This document shows, in pieces, positions 9,909 through 18,930 of a DNA stretch of 50,267 nt; the first letter of the stretch is position 1, and every line of letters starts with the position of its first letter. Below the pieces are notes generated by a model. The model saw only the letters and a list, made by a program, of their open reading frames with translations, had not been told where the DNA came from and ran no database searches. The stretch is from Abditibacteriaceae bacterium (GTDB taxonomy: Bacteria > Armatimonadota > Abditibacteriia > Abditibacteriales > Abditibacteriaceae). The stretch is from positions 1 through 50,267 of the forward strand of contig JANMKN010000047.1 in NCBI GenBank assembly GCA_031372065.1, written 5' to 3'. The position numbers and the translations under genes were made by a program.

Positions 9909-10157
9909 ATGAAATTCCACCATTTTGGCATCGCTGCCATTTTAGCCCTGCCGCTCGACGCGATCTTTCTGACTTCCGGTCTCAAAGGCTCGCAAAGCAT
10001 CCCACTGGCGTGCCTTGTCGCAGTCGCCATCGTCTGGTGGTTCCGCAAGCCGCTGGACGGCCTGATGCACCCGCCGCAACTTCCCAAAGACCGTTACAAA
10101 GACCTCGCGCACGGCAACCGGCGCACCCGCCGCGCCAAGGAGCGGCGCAGCCGCTAA
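9909..10157 (+). CDS. Small 2-TM membrane protein with basic tail
   Basis: MKFHHFGIAAILAL..., two hydrophobic segments, then YKDLAHGNRRTRRAKERR. Confidence 0.55.
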   Translation: MKFHHFGIAAILALPLDAIFLTSGLKGSQSIPLACLVAVAIVWWFRKPLDGLMHPPQLPKDRYKDLAHGNRRTRRAKERRSR

Positions 10158-10173
10158 GTTAAAACCAGATTCC

Positions 10174-12723
10174 ATGTCCAATCATCTTCAAGAACCCACG
10201 TTGCAGTTAGAAATTCCCGTCATCCTGCCCGGCGTGGACGATGAAAAGGACGGCTGCGTCGAGCGTCTGCAAAATCGCCTTCGCGCGCAAACCGGCATCC
10301 GGCAGGTTCACATCGACCAAAAGGACGGCAAGCCGGTCTTGTGCCTGCACTACGATCCGAATTTGGTGCCGCTGGAAAAATTAGAGCGCATGGTGCGCGA
10401 CGAAGGCGCCCAGATGACGGAGCGTTTTCGCCACGAAACGCTGCCGCTCAAAGGCATGGCGCAGGGCACCAACGTCGCCAACGTCGAAGACGGCGTGCGC
10501 CGCGTGCCGGGAGTCCTCAGCGTCGCGGTTAACTACGCCGCCGAAATTATGCGCGTCGAATATGACTCGACGCAGACGGATCGCGACGCCATCGTGCGCG
10601 CCGTGCGCGGCATGGGCTATCGCGTCCCCGACGCGCCGCAAGCACCAACGCAAATCAGCGGCGAAACACCCGACCCGCACGCCGGACACAAGCACGACCA
10701 CGAAGGACACGGCGACCACGCCGGGCATTCGCACGAAGAACACGCCGGCCATGAACATGACGATGCAGGTCACGAACCGCATGAGGAAAAAGGTGGGCAC
10801 GCCGGACATTCGCACGGGCCGGTTGACCCGAACGCCAACTGGTTGCAAAGAAACTCGGAATTGGCACAGTCCCTGTTGTGCGGCTTGCTGGCGGGTTTGA
10901 CCTTTCTGGGACAAAAATACTTTGGCTTGGCGGAGCCGGTCGCCATCGGTATCTACATTCTGGCTTACCTCGCGGGCGGCTACGATCTGGCGCGTCACAC
11001 GCTGCCGACTGTGCTGCGCGGCAAGTTCGATGTTGAATTTTTGATGCTGGTCGCCGCCGTTGGCGCTGCGGCGCTGGGCGAATGGTTCGAGGGCGCGTTG
11101 CTCTTGTTCTTATTCTCATTCGGCCATGCGCTCGAACATTTCGCGATGGATCGGGCGCGTAATGCGATAGAGGCACTGGGAAAGCTGACCCCCAAGGTCG
11201 CTCTCGTGCGACGCGACAACGTGGAAACCGAGGTGCCGGTCGAGCAGCTTCGCATCGGCGACGTGGCGATTGTGCGGCCCGGAGACCGCGTGGCGGTGGA
11301 CGGCAAAATAACCGTTGGGCGCTCGGCCATTGACCAAAGCCCGATCACCGGCGAAAGCGTGCCGGTCGAGAAAAACGTCGGCGACGGCGTTTTTGCCGGT
11401 TCCATCAACGGCGACGGTGCCATTGAAGTCGAAGTCACCAAGCTGGCTAAAGACACCACGATGTCGCGCGTCATCAAAATGGTCGAGGAAGCGCAAAGCC
11501 AGAAGTCGCCGACGCAAACCTTCACCGACCGCTTTGAGAAGATGTTCGTGCCCATCGTGCTGGGCATCGTCGTTTTAGCCGCCGTCGCGCCGCCTCTGCT
11601 GGGCTGGCTGACGTGGAAAGCCGCGATTCTGCGCGCATTGAGCACTCTGGTCGCAGCTTCGCCCTGTGCGCTGGCCCTTGCGACTCCCTCGGCTGTTCTG
11701 GCCGGCATCGCTCAGGCGGCGCGCAACGGCGTGCTGATAAAAGGCGGCGTGCATCTGGAGAATCTCGGCTCGCTGCAAGCCATCGCGCTGGATAAAACCG
11801 GCACCATCACGCGCGGCAAGCCCGCCGTTTCCGACATCCTTCCCATTGGCATGGATGAAAAGGAGTTCCTCAGCCTGGTCGCGGCGGTTGAGACGCGCTC
11901 GACGCATCCTCTGGCGCAAGCCGTCGTGCGCCGCGCGCAAGAGCAAAAGCTGGAACTTCCGGGTGCAGGCGAACTGCAAAACTTGCAGGGACTCGGCGTG
12001 CAAAGCGAAGTCGGCGGCCAACTGATTCGCATCGGCAATTTGAAGATGTTCGAGGCGGCTAAAATCGCCGTGCCACCCGATTTAACGGCCAAAGTTCAGG
12101 CGCTAAGCGACGCAGGCAAGCCGATCATGGTCGTGGGGCGCGGCGAGCAAATCATCGGCGCGCTGGCCTTGGCCGACGAGATTCGCCCCGAAAGCCGTGC
12201 GGCGCTGGAACAACTGCGCGCGATGGGCGTGCCCAATCTCATCATGCTGACCGGCGACAACGCGCGCGTGGCTAAAACCATTGCCCAAACCGCCGGCGTG
12301 ACCGATTTTCGCGGCGACCTGATGCCCGAAGACAAAGTGAAGGCGCTAAAAGACCTGCTGCAAAAATATGGTCAAGTGGCGATGGTCGGGGACGGAGTCA
12401 ACGACGCGCCCGCACTGGCGACGGCCACCGTGGGCATTGCGATGGGAGCGGGCGGAACCGACGTGGCCTTGGAAACCGCCGATGTCGCCCTCATGGCCGA
12501 CGACATGACCAAGCTGCCTTTTGCGGTTGGCCTGAGCCGTCAGTCGCGCGCCATCATCAAGCAAAACCTGTGGATTTCGCTGGGCGTCATCGCGGTTCTG
12601 ATGCCTTCGACGTTATTCGGATTGGCCGGAATCAGCGCCGCCGTGATTTTCCACGAAGGCAGCACTCTCGTCGTCGTCGCCAATGCGCTCCGGCTTTTGC
12701 GCTACCGTTTGCCGTCCAACTGA
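10174..12723 (+). CDS. Heavy-metal P1B-type ATPase, P1B-4 (CzcP-like) subgroup
   Basis: TGES, SPC, DKTGT, HP, GDGVNDAP and HEGST motifs; N-terminal HMA-like fold plus HAGH repeats. Confidence 0.93.
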   Translation: MSNHLQEPTLQLEIPVILPGVDDEKDGCVERLQNRLRAQTGIRQVHIDQKDGKPVLCLHYDPNLVPLEKLERMVRDEGAQMTERFRHETLPLKGMAQGTNVANVEDGVRRVPGVLSVAVNYAAEIMRVEYDSTQTDRDAIVRAVRGMGYRVPDAPQAPTQISGETPDPHAGHKHDHEGHGDHAGHSHEEHAGHEHDDAGHEPHEEKGGHAGHSHGPVDPNANWLQRNSELAQSLLCGLLAGLTFLGQKYFGLAEPVAIGIYILAYLAGGYDLARHTLPTVLRGKFDVEFLMLVAAVGAAALGEWFEGALLLFLFSFGHALEHFAMDRARNAIEALGKLTPKVALVRRDNVETEVPVEQLRIGDVAIVRPGDRVAVDGKITVGRSAIDQSPITGESVPVEKNVGDGVFAGSINGDGAIEVEVTKLAKDTTMSRVIKMVEEAQSQKSPTQTFTDRFEKMFVPIVLGIVVLAAVAPPLLGWLTWKAAILRALSTLVAASPCALALATPSAVLAGIAQAARNGVLIKGGVHLENLGSLQAIALDKTGTITRGKPAVSDILPIGMDEKEFLSLVAAVETRSTHPLAQAVVRRAQEQKLELPGAGELQNLQGLGVQSEVGGQLIRIGNLKMFEAAKIAVPPDLTAKVQALSDAGKPIMVVGRGEQIIGALALADEIRPESRAALEQLRAMGVPNLIMLTGDNARVAKTIAQTAGVTDFRGDLMPEDKVKALKDLLQKYGQVAMVGDGVNDAPALATATVGIAMGAGGTDVALETADVALMADDMTKLPFAVGLSRQSRAIIKQNLWISLGVIAVLMPSTLFGLAGISAAVIFHEGSTLVVVANALRLLRYRLPSN

Positions 12724-12795
12724 GTTTTCAGCAACAGCTTAATGAGTTGCGGCTCATTCCGAGTTGCGCGTAAAACCAATATCGGCCCAAAATCA

Positions 12796-13275
12796 ATGTC
12801 AGTCATCAAACCTATGCGGCGCGCACTTTCGTGGAAAACGGCATGGCGAGCAAGTATTCACTTGCTCGCTATGTTTTCACTTCTGCTCATGGCTGTGGCG
12901 CCGCAAGCTGATGATTACTGGCAGAGCGATCCTCCAATCAGCGACAAACTTCCTGAACTCGTCTATTGGTTGCCACAGGTTGTTGCTCAGACGCCTACGG
13001 TCACTCCAGGAAATGCTCGAATCGGAGGCAAAGCGTGCAGCATTTCCAGCTCGCGTCACTCCACGCTGGTAGACCCTGATGGGGATGCCTACAGCCTCTT
13101 AACCAAATACTCGCTCGAATCACCGCATTTCACGCCAGCTTTTCTCGGCGGGGTATGCGATGCAAGCGAACCATGCTTTGCTCCTCTACTCCCTGCGGCG
13201 CCGACCAAGCGCGGCCCGCCGCTGCCTGATGCCGTAGCCTTTTTCTTCTCTCTCCGCGCCCCTCCTCTTGGCTGA
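12796..13275 (+). CDS. CzcI/DUF2946-like leader protein ending in RGPP...RAPP (candidate ribosome-arrest peptide)
   Basis: N-terminal hydrophobic segment; C-terminus PTKRGPPLPDAVAFFFSLRAPPLG*; directly upstream of czcA. Start uncertain (12742, 12796 or 12814). Confidence 0.6.
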   Translation: MSVIKPMRRALSWKTAWRASIHLLAMFSLLLMAVAPQADDYWQSDPPISDKLPELVYWLPQVVAQTPTVTPGNARIGGKACSISSSRHSTLVDPDGDAYSLLTKYSLESPHFTPAFLGGVCDASEPCFAPLLPAAPTKRGPPLPDAVAFFFSLRAPPLG

Positions 13276-13429
13276 CGCTTTTTAGTAGATCAGACGGGAC
13301 TTTTCGTCGCGTCCTGTGATTTCGAGCGTCCGGGCCAAGTTCCATACGGCTACATCGTGCGATGTGGCGCCGTTCACTTCCGCCCTTCTGACGCCGGATT
13401 CAACTGCCCCATAGTGTCAGGAGATTGCC

Positions 13430-13525
13430 TTGAAATTGACGTTTGTCGTGATTCTCTTACTGTGTGCGGGCGAACTTCGCTTTGAGCGATTCGCCCCAAG
13501 CGAACTGATGGAGGACTCAGCATGA
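13430..13525 (+). pseudogene. 31-codon mini-ORF MKLTFVVILLLCAGELRFERFAPSELMEDSA; probable czcC::czcB deletion scar
   Basis: RBS AGGAGA at 13419-13424, TTG start, signal-peptide-like N-terminus; its stop overlaps the czcA ATG (ATGA). Confidence 0.5.
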
Positions 13526-16500
13526 TTGAACGGATCATCGAGTTTTCCATCCGCCAGCGCGTCGTCGTAGTCATCATAGCGTTGCTGATCGTTGGTGCCG
13601 GGCTGCTCTCGGCCACGCGACTGCCGATTGACGCCGTGCCGGACATCACCAATAAGCAGGTGCAAATCAACGTCAAGGCGCCTTCTCTGGGACCGGAGGA
13701 CATGGAGCGCCAGATTACTTTTCCGCTCGAAGTGGCATTAGGCAGCCTGCCGCGTCGCCAAGAGATGCGTTCGCTTTCGCAGTTCGGCTTGTCGCAGGTG
13801 ACCATCGTGTTTGACGACGACGTGGACATTTACTTCGCGCGCCAGCTTGTCAACGAACGCTTGCAGGAAGCGCGCGACAGCCTGCCTGCCGGCGCGCAGA
13901 TCGAGTTAGGGCCGGTCAGCACTGGCTTAGGCGAAATCCTTCATCTGACGCTCGACGGCCCCAAGTATTCGCTGATGCAGCGGCGCACCATGATGGACTG
14001 GATCGTGGCGCCGCAGCTTCGCACCGTGCCCGGCATCGCCGAAATAAACACGATGGGCGGCCAAGCCAAGCAGTATCAAGTGCTGGTTGACCCGGAAAAG
14101 CTGATCGCCCGCAAGCTGACGATGCGCCAAGTGTTCGAGGCGCTCTCGCGCGGCAACCAGAACGCCGGGGGCGCTTACATCACGCACGGCGCGGAGCAGC
14201 AGATCGTGCGCGGTTCCGGCCTCGTTGAAAGTCTGGACGACATTCGCAGCATGGCGATTACCGCCAATAACGGCGTGCCGGTTACTATCGGCGAAGTGGC
14301 CGAAGTGGGCTACGGCGCTGCGGTGCGGCAGGGTGCCGTCACGCAGGACGGCAAGGGCGAGACCGTGATTGCCGTCACCATGCTGCTGCTCGGCGAGAAC
14401 GGACGCGTCGTGGTGCAGCGCGTAAAGGACAGGGTCAAGGAGATTCAAAAGTCGCTGCCGCCCGGCACGCAGTTGAACGGCTTGCTGGATCGCTCGGAAC
14501 TCATCGGACGCGCCATCGAGACGGCGGCGCGCAACTTGGTTGAAGGCGGCGTTCTGGTCATCGTGGTGCTGTTTTTGTTTCTCTTGCAGGCCCGCGCCGG
14601 GCTGATCGTCTCCAGCGCCATTCCGATTTCGATGCTGATCGCGCTCATCGGCATGAACTACTTCGGCGTGTCGGCGAACCTGATGAGTTTGGGCGCGATT
14701 GACTTCGGCCTGATCGTGGACGGGGCCGTGATAATCGTGGAAAACACCGTGCGCCGCCTGTCCGAGCGCCGACAGCATCTGGCTCGCACCCTTTCCGCTG
14801 ACGAGCGCGACGGCGTTATATTGCAAGCGGCCAATGAAGTGCTCAAACCGGCGATCTTTGGCATGGGCATTATCATCGCGGCCTATATTCCGATCCTCAC
14901 CTTGCAGGGCGTCGAAGGCAAAATGTTCCGTCCGATGGGCCAGACGGTTATCATGGCGCTCGGTGGTGCGACGCTGCTCTCCCTCACTCTTATTCCGGCG
15001 CTGTGCGCGTTCTTCTTGAAAGTCCGGGAGGAAAAGGAAAACCCTGTCGTAGAGCGCATTCAACATGGCTATGCGCCGGCTTTGCGTTGGTCGATGCACC
15101 ATCGAGCGCTGACCGTTGGGACCGCGCTGATTTTTCTGGCGCTGTGCCTGTCGTTATTCCCTCGCCTTGGCTCCGAGTTCATTCCCGAACTCGATGAGAA
15201 CGCTATTGGCCTGGAAGTCACCTATCCGCCCAGTATTTCACTGGAAGAGGTTGTCAGGCGGCAGGCGGTGATGGAGCGTGTTCTCAAAGAAAAGTTTCCC
15301 GATGAAATCGAAACGGTGCTTTCTAAGATGGGCCGCTCCGAACTGGCAACCGATCCGATGACTCAAAGTGCCGGCGACGTGATGATCCCGCTCAAACCGC
15401 CGGGAGAATGGAAGCAGGCGCACTCTAAAGAAGATTTGGTCGAAAAGTTCGCTAAGGTGCTGGATGAGGTGCCGGGCGTGGGCGCGGCCATCTCGCAGCC
15501 GATTAAAAGCCGCATGATGGAGTTGGTCGAAGGCGTCGGCATCCGGGGCGACGTGGGCATCAAGCTGTTCGGCCCAGACCGCCAAGTGCGCCAGCAGTTT
15601 GCCAACCGCATCGCAGCCGCCGCACGCAAAATCTCCGGCGCGGTGGATGTGAAAGTCGAAGTCACGCAAGGGTTGCCGCTGCTGGATATCCACATTCGCC
15701 GCGCCGCCATCGCCCGCTATGGCATCAGCGTCGGCGACGTGCAGGATGTCATCGAAGCCACTCTGGCTGGCAAAGAGGCCTCAACTGTGGTCGAAACCGA
15801 CCAGCGATTTCCGCTCGTGGTGCGGCTGGCACCGTCCTACCGAGGCGACCCCGAAGCCATCGGGCGCATTCTGGTTCCGGCTCCCGGCGGCGCGCAACTG
15901 CCCTTGGCACAACTGGCGGATATTCGCAGCATTGAGGGGCCGGTGCAGCTTTCGCGTGAGAACGGCGAGGGCCGCACCGTGATTCAGGCCAACGTGCGTG
16001 GGCGCGATCTGGGCAGCGTCGTCGAGGAATTGCAAAAGAAGGTCGAAACCGAAATCAAGCTGCCGCCCGGCTACCACCTGCAATACGGCGGCACCTACGA
16101 AAAGATGCAGTCGGGCCGCGCCCGCCTGCTGATCGTGGTGCCCGTCACCTTTGCGGTGATTTTTCTGCTGCTTTTTACCACCTTCGGCTCGCTGAAACAG
16201 GCGGCTCTGGTTTTTACGGGAATCCCTTTCGCCATCACTGGGGGCATACTCGCGCTGTTCGGGCGCGGGATGCACTTTTCGATGTCGGCGGGCATCGGCT
16301 TCATCGCGTTGTTCGGCGTGGCCGTGCTCAACGGCGTCGTCCTGGTGACTTTCATCAACGAACTGCGTGCCGAAGGCAAAGCGGTTTCCGAAGCCGTCGA
16401 AGAAGGCTGTCTGACACGCCTGCGTCCGGTGCTGATGACAGCGACCGTGGCGAGCATCGGTTTTATTCCGATGGCTTTAGGTCATGGCGCCGGCTCTGAA

Positions 16501-16632
16501 GTGCAGAAGCCGCTGGCGACGGTAGTTATCGGCGGCCTGATGACTTCCACCCTGCTGACGCTGTTTGTGCTGCCCACGCTTTACAACTGGTTTGAGGGCG
16601 ATGCTCAGCCCACGGAGGAGGTGGAACCTTGA
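13522..16632 (+). CDS. czcA: CzcA-type heavy-metal efflux RND permease, full length
   Basis: 1036 aa; LPIDAVPDIT, GAIDFGLIVDGAVIIVEN and RLRPVLMTA motifs; RBS GGAGG. Confidence 0.95.
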   Translation: MIERIIEFSIRQRVVVVIIALLIVGAGLLSATRLPIDAVPDITNKQVQINVKAPSLGPEDMERQITFPLEVALGSLPRRQEMRSLSQFGLSQVTIVFDDDVDIYFARQLVNERLQEARDSLPAGAQIELGPVSTGLGEILHLTLDGPKYSLMQRRTMMDWIVAPQLRTVPGIAEINTMGGQAKQYQVLVDPEKLIARKLTMRQVFEALSRGNQNAGGAYITHGAEQQIVRGSGLVESLDDIRSMAITANNGVPVTIGEVAEVGYGAAVRQGAVTQDGKGETVIAVTMLLLGENGRVVVQRVKDRVKEIQKSLPPGTQLNGLLDRSELIGRAIETAARNLVEGGVLVIVVLFLFLLQARAGLIVSSAIPISMLIALIGMNYFGVSANLMSLGAIDFGLIVDGAVIIVENTVRRLSERRQHLARTLSADERDGVILQAANEVLKPAIFGMGIIIAAYIPILTLQGVEGKMFRPMGQTVIMALGGATLLSLTLIPALCAFFLKVREEKENPVVERIQHGYAPALRWSMHHRALTVGTALIFLALCLSLFPRLGSEFIPELDENAIGLEVTYPPSISLEEVVRRQAVMERVLKEKFPDEIETVLSKMGRSELATDPMTQSAGDVMIPLKPPGEWKQAHSKEDLVEKFAKVLDEVPGVGAAISQPIKSRMMELVEGVGIRGDVGIKLFGPDRQVRQQFANRIAAAARKISGAVDVKVEVTQGLPLLDIHIRRAAIARYGISVGDVQDVIEATLAGKEASTVVETDQRFPLVVRLAPSYRGDPEAIGRILVPAPGGAQLPLAQLADIRSIEGPVQLSRENGEGRTVIQANVRGRDLGSVVEELQKKVETEIKLPPGYHLQYGGTYEKMQSGRARLLIVVPVTFAVIFLLLFTTFGSLKQAALVFTGIPFAITGGILALFGRGMHFSMSAGIGFIALFGVAVLNGVVLVTFINELRAEGKAVSEAVEEGCLTRLRPVLMTATVASIGFIPMALGHGAGSEVQKPLATVVIGGLMTSTLLTLFVLPTLYNWFEGDAQPTEEVEP

Positions 16633-17918
16633 TGATGACTCAATCAACGTCTGGTCGCATGAGGCCAAAGGCTGTCTCTGGCTGTCGCTTAGAACCTTTC
16701 AATCCTCTTTCGCCTGAGTTCCGCGCCGATCCCTATGTGGTTTACGAGCTGTTTCGCACGACAAGCCCTGTGCATTGCGCTGTCGCTCCGACCTCAACTC
16801 ATCCGGGATTCTGGTATCTCTTCGCTTATGCCGATGTCGCCGCTACGCTGCGTGACCCGCGCTTTGGCCGCGAACTGAATCGGGCCGAACGGGCAACTGA
16901 CGCTGCACCGATGTCGAAGACGAATAACGCATTCTACGAAATGGCTGGGCAGTGGATGCTTTACCGCGACCCGCCCAATCATACGCGGCTGCGCTCGCTT
17001 GTGAACAAAGCATTTACGCCCGCGACGGTGGAGAGACTGCGGCCCCGCATCGCGGCACACGCGGAGCAGCTTCTGAAAGATGTGGAGCCGGACGGAAGGA
17101 TGGACTTAATCGGCGATTTCGCCTTTCCGTTGCCCCTCATCGGGTTAGGTGAAATGCTGGGCGTGCGTGCCGAAGACTTGCGACAATTCCGTGAGTGGTC
17201 GAATGCACTGTCGGCGGCCATTGACCAGAACCGCACGCCGGGAGTTTATGAGCAGGCCAGCCAGGCGACGCTCGCGCTCAGCGCCTACTTCCGGGAAATT
17301 TTAAAGGAACGACGCCAGTGTCCGCAGGACGATTTGATGAGCCGTCTCATCGCTGCCGAAGAACGAGGCGGGCACCTGAGCGAAGACGAAATCATTTCCA
17401 CTTGTATTCTTCTGCTGGGCGCCGGCCAGGAAACCACCGTTGACCTGATTGGAAACAGCGTCTTAGCTTTGCTGCGCCATCCTGAGCAATGGGAACTGCT
17501 GAGAAGCCAGCCCACTTTAATCTCATCGGCGATTGAGGAACTCTTGCGCTACGAGAGTCCGGTTCAAATGACCGCACGCTTGGCGTTGGAGGATGTGGAA
17601 ATCGGCGGCCACCTGATTCGCAGAGGCGCCAAAGTCACGATGGTTTTAGCGTCGGCGAACCACGATGCGTCCGTGTTTCCCGATCCCGGCCATCTCGATA
17701 TTACCCGCAATGCTAAAGCCCACTTAGGCTTTGGCGCCGGCATTCATTACTGCCTCGGAGGGTCTTTGGCCCGCGTGAGCGGACAGATTGCCCTGAGCGC
17801 CCTGCTGCGCCGCTTTCCTGATTTGCGACTGGAAACCGAGTTGCCGGAGTGGCGCGAAGGGCCGGTCTTTCGCGGTTTGAAAAGGCTGCCGGTTTCGTGT
17901 ATTTCTAAGGAACGATAA
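16629..17918 (+). CDS. Cytochrome P450
   Basis: DPPNHTRLR, I-helix GAGQETT, EELLR (ExxR), heme ligand loop FGAGIHYCLG. Confidence 0.95.
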   Translation: MMMTQSTSGRMRPKAVSGCRLEPFNPLSPEFRADPYVVYELFRTTSPVHCAVAPTSTHPGFWYLFAYADVAATLRDPRFGRELNRAERATDAAPMSKTNNAFYEMAGQWMLYRDPPNHTRLRSLVNKAFTPATVERLRPRIAAHAEQLLKDVEPDGRMDLIGDFAFPLPLIGLGEMLGVRAEDLRQFREWSNALSAAIDQNRTPGVYEQASQATLALSAYFREILKERRQCPQDDLMSRLIAAEERGGHLSEDEIISTCILLLGAGQETTVDLIGNSVLALLRHPEQWELLRSQPTLISSAIEELLRYESPVQMTARLALEDVEIGGHLIRRGAKVTMVLASANHDASVFPDPGHLDITRNAKAHLGFGAGIHYCLGGSLARVSGQIALSALLRRFPDLRLETELPEWREGPVFRGLKRLPVSCISKER

Positions 17919-17919
17919 T

Positions 17920-18900
17920 GTGACCAGAATGCAAGCCGTTAAAGATTACTTCGCCCGATTGATTCTATTTGTTGGCGACAAGCCGCTCTGGTTGGTGGCA
18001 TTGTTCTTCGGCGTCTTTGCGCCGCTGTGGGTGTTCGGCCAGTTGGCAGAGGAACTCTGGGAAGGCAAGCCATTTTTCTTCGATGTCCCTGTTTTGCATT
18101 TCATTCACAGCTTCGCTTCCCCGACTCTGGATGTCTGGATAGGGCACCTGACGCGCTTGGGCGGAGCGACGGGAATGGTGCCTTTGAGTGTGGCGATTTG
18201 CGTGTTTTTACTCGTTCAGCGCCGCGCCCGTGACGCGCGATTCTTCGCTGTCGCCGCCGGCGGCGCGGCACTCATCAACCTGCTGGCTAAAGCGTGTTTC
18301 GGTCGCGCTCGCCCGGCCTTGTGGCCCTCTCCCATGCCGGAAACCGATTACAGCTTTCCCAGCGGGCACGCGATGGCTTCGATGGCCGTCGCCGCTGCGA
18401 TTATGGTGATGGTGTGGCCGACCCGCTGGCGTTGGCCCCTAGGCATTGTGGCGGGTGTCTTCGTGTCGCTAATCGGCTTGACGCGGCTTTATTTGGGCGT
18501 CCACTTTCCCTCAGACATACTGGCCGGTTGGAGCGTGTCCTTAGCGTGGGTCTTAGGCGTTGCGCTTATTGTGGAAGTGCGCCATGCGCCTCCGGCATTG
18601 GCCGAAGTCCGTCATGCTTTGCAGAAATGGCGCAAAAATATCAAGCGTGAGTTCCGCGTGCTGCGTCTGGTGGCAGCCGACGCGCGCACCCCGCGTTGGT
18701 CGAAAATCCTTTTGTCATTGGCTATCGGCTACACGCTGATGCCCTTTGACCTGATTCCCGATTTCCTGCCTGGCATCGGGCATCTGGACGACGCCATCAT
18801 TATTCCGCTGCTGGTGGTGCTGGCCCTGCGCCGCGTCCCGCCGGAAGTCTTGGCTGAGTGCCGGCAGCAGGCAACGGCGGAGCAAGAAGCCGCTGTTTGA
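17920..18900 (+). CDS. PAP2 phosphatase fused to a C-terminal YkvA/DUF1232 domain
   Basis: RARP, FPSGH, TRLYLGVHFPSD, then DARTP...PFDLIPDFLPGIGHLDD. Confidence 0.88.
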   Translation: MTRMQAVKDYFARLILFVGDKPLWLVALFFGVFAPLWVFGQLAEELWEGKPFFFDVPVLHFIHSFASPTLDVWIGHLTRLGGATGMVPLSVAICVFLLVQRRARDARFFAVAAGGAALINLLAKACFGRARPALWPSPMPETDYSFPSGHAMASMAVAAAIMVMVWPTRWRWPLGIVAGVFVSLIGLTRLYLGVHFPSDILAGWSVSLAWVLGVALIVEVRHAPPALAEVRHALQKWRKNIKREFRVLRLVAADARTPRWSKILLSLAIGYTLMPFDLIPDFLPGIGHLDDAIIIPLLVVLALRRVPPEVLAECRQQATAEQEAAV

Positions 18901-18930
18901 GCGGGCGCGCTGCGGTCGGGATTCTAACCT

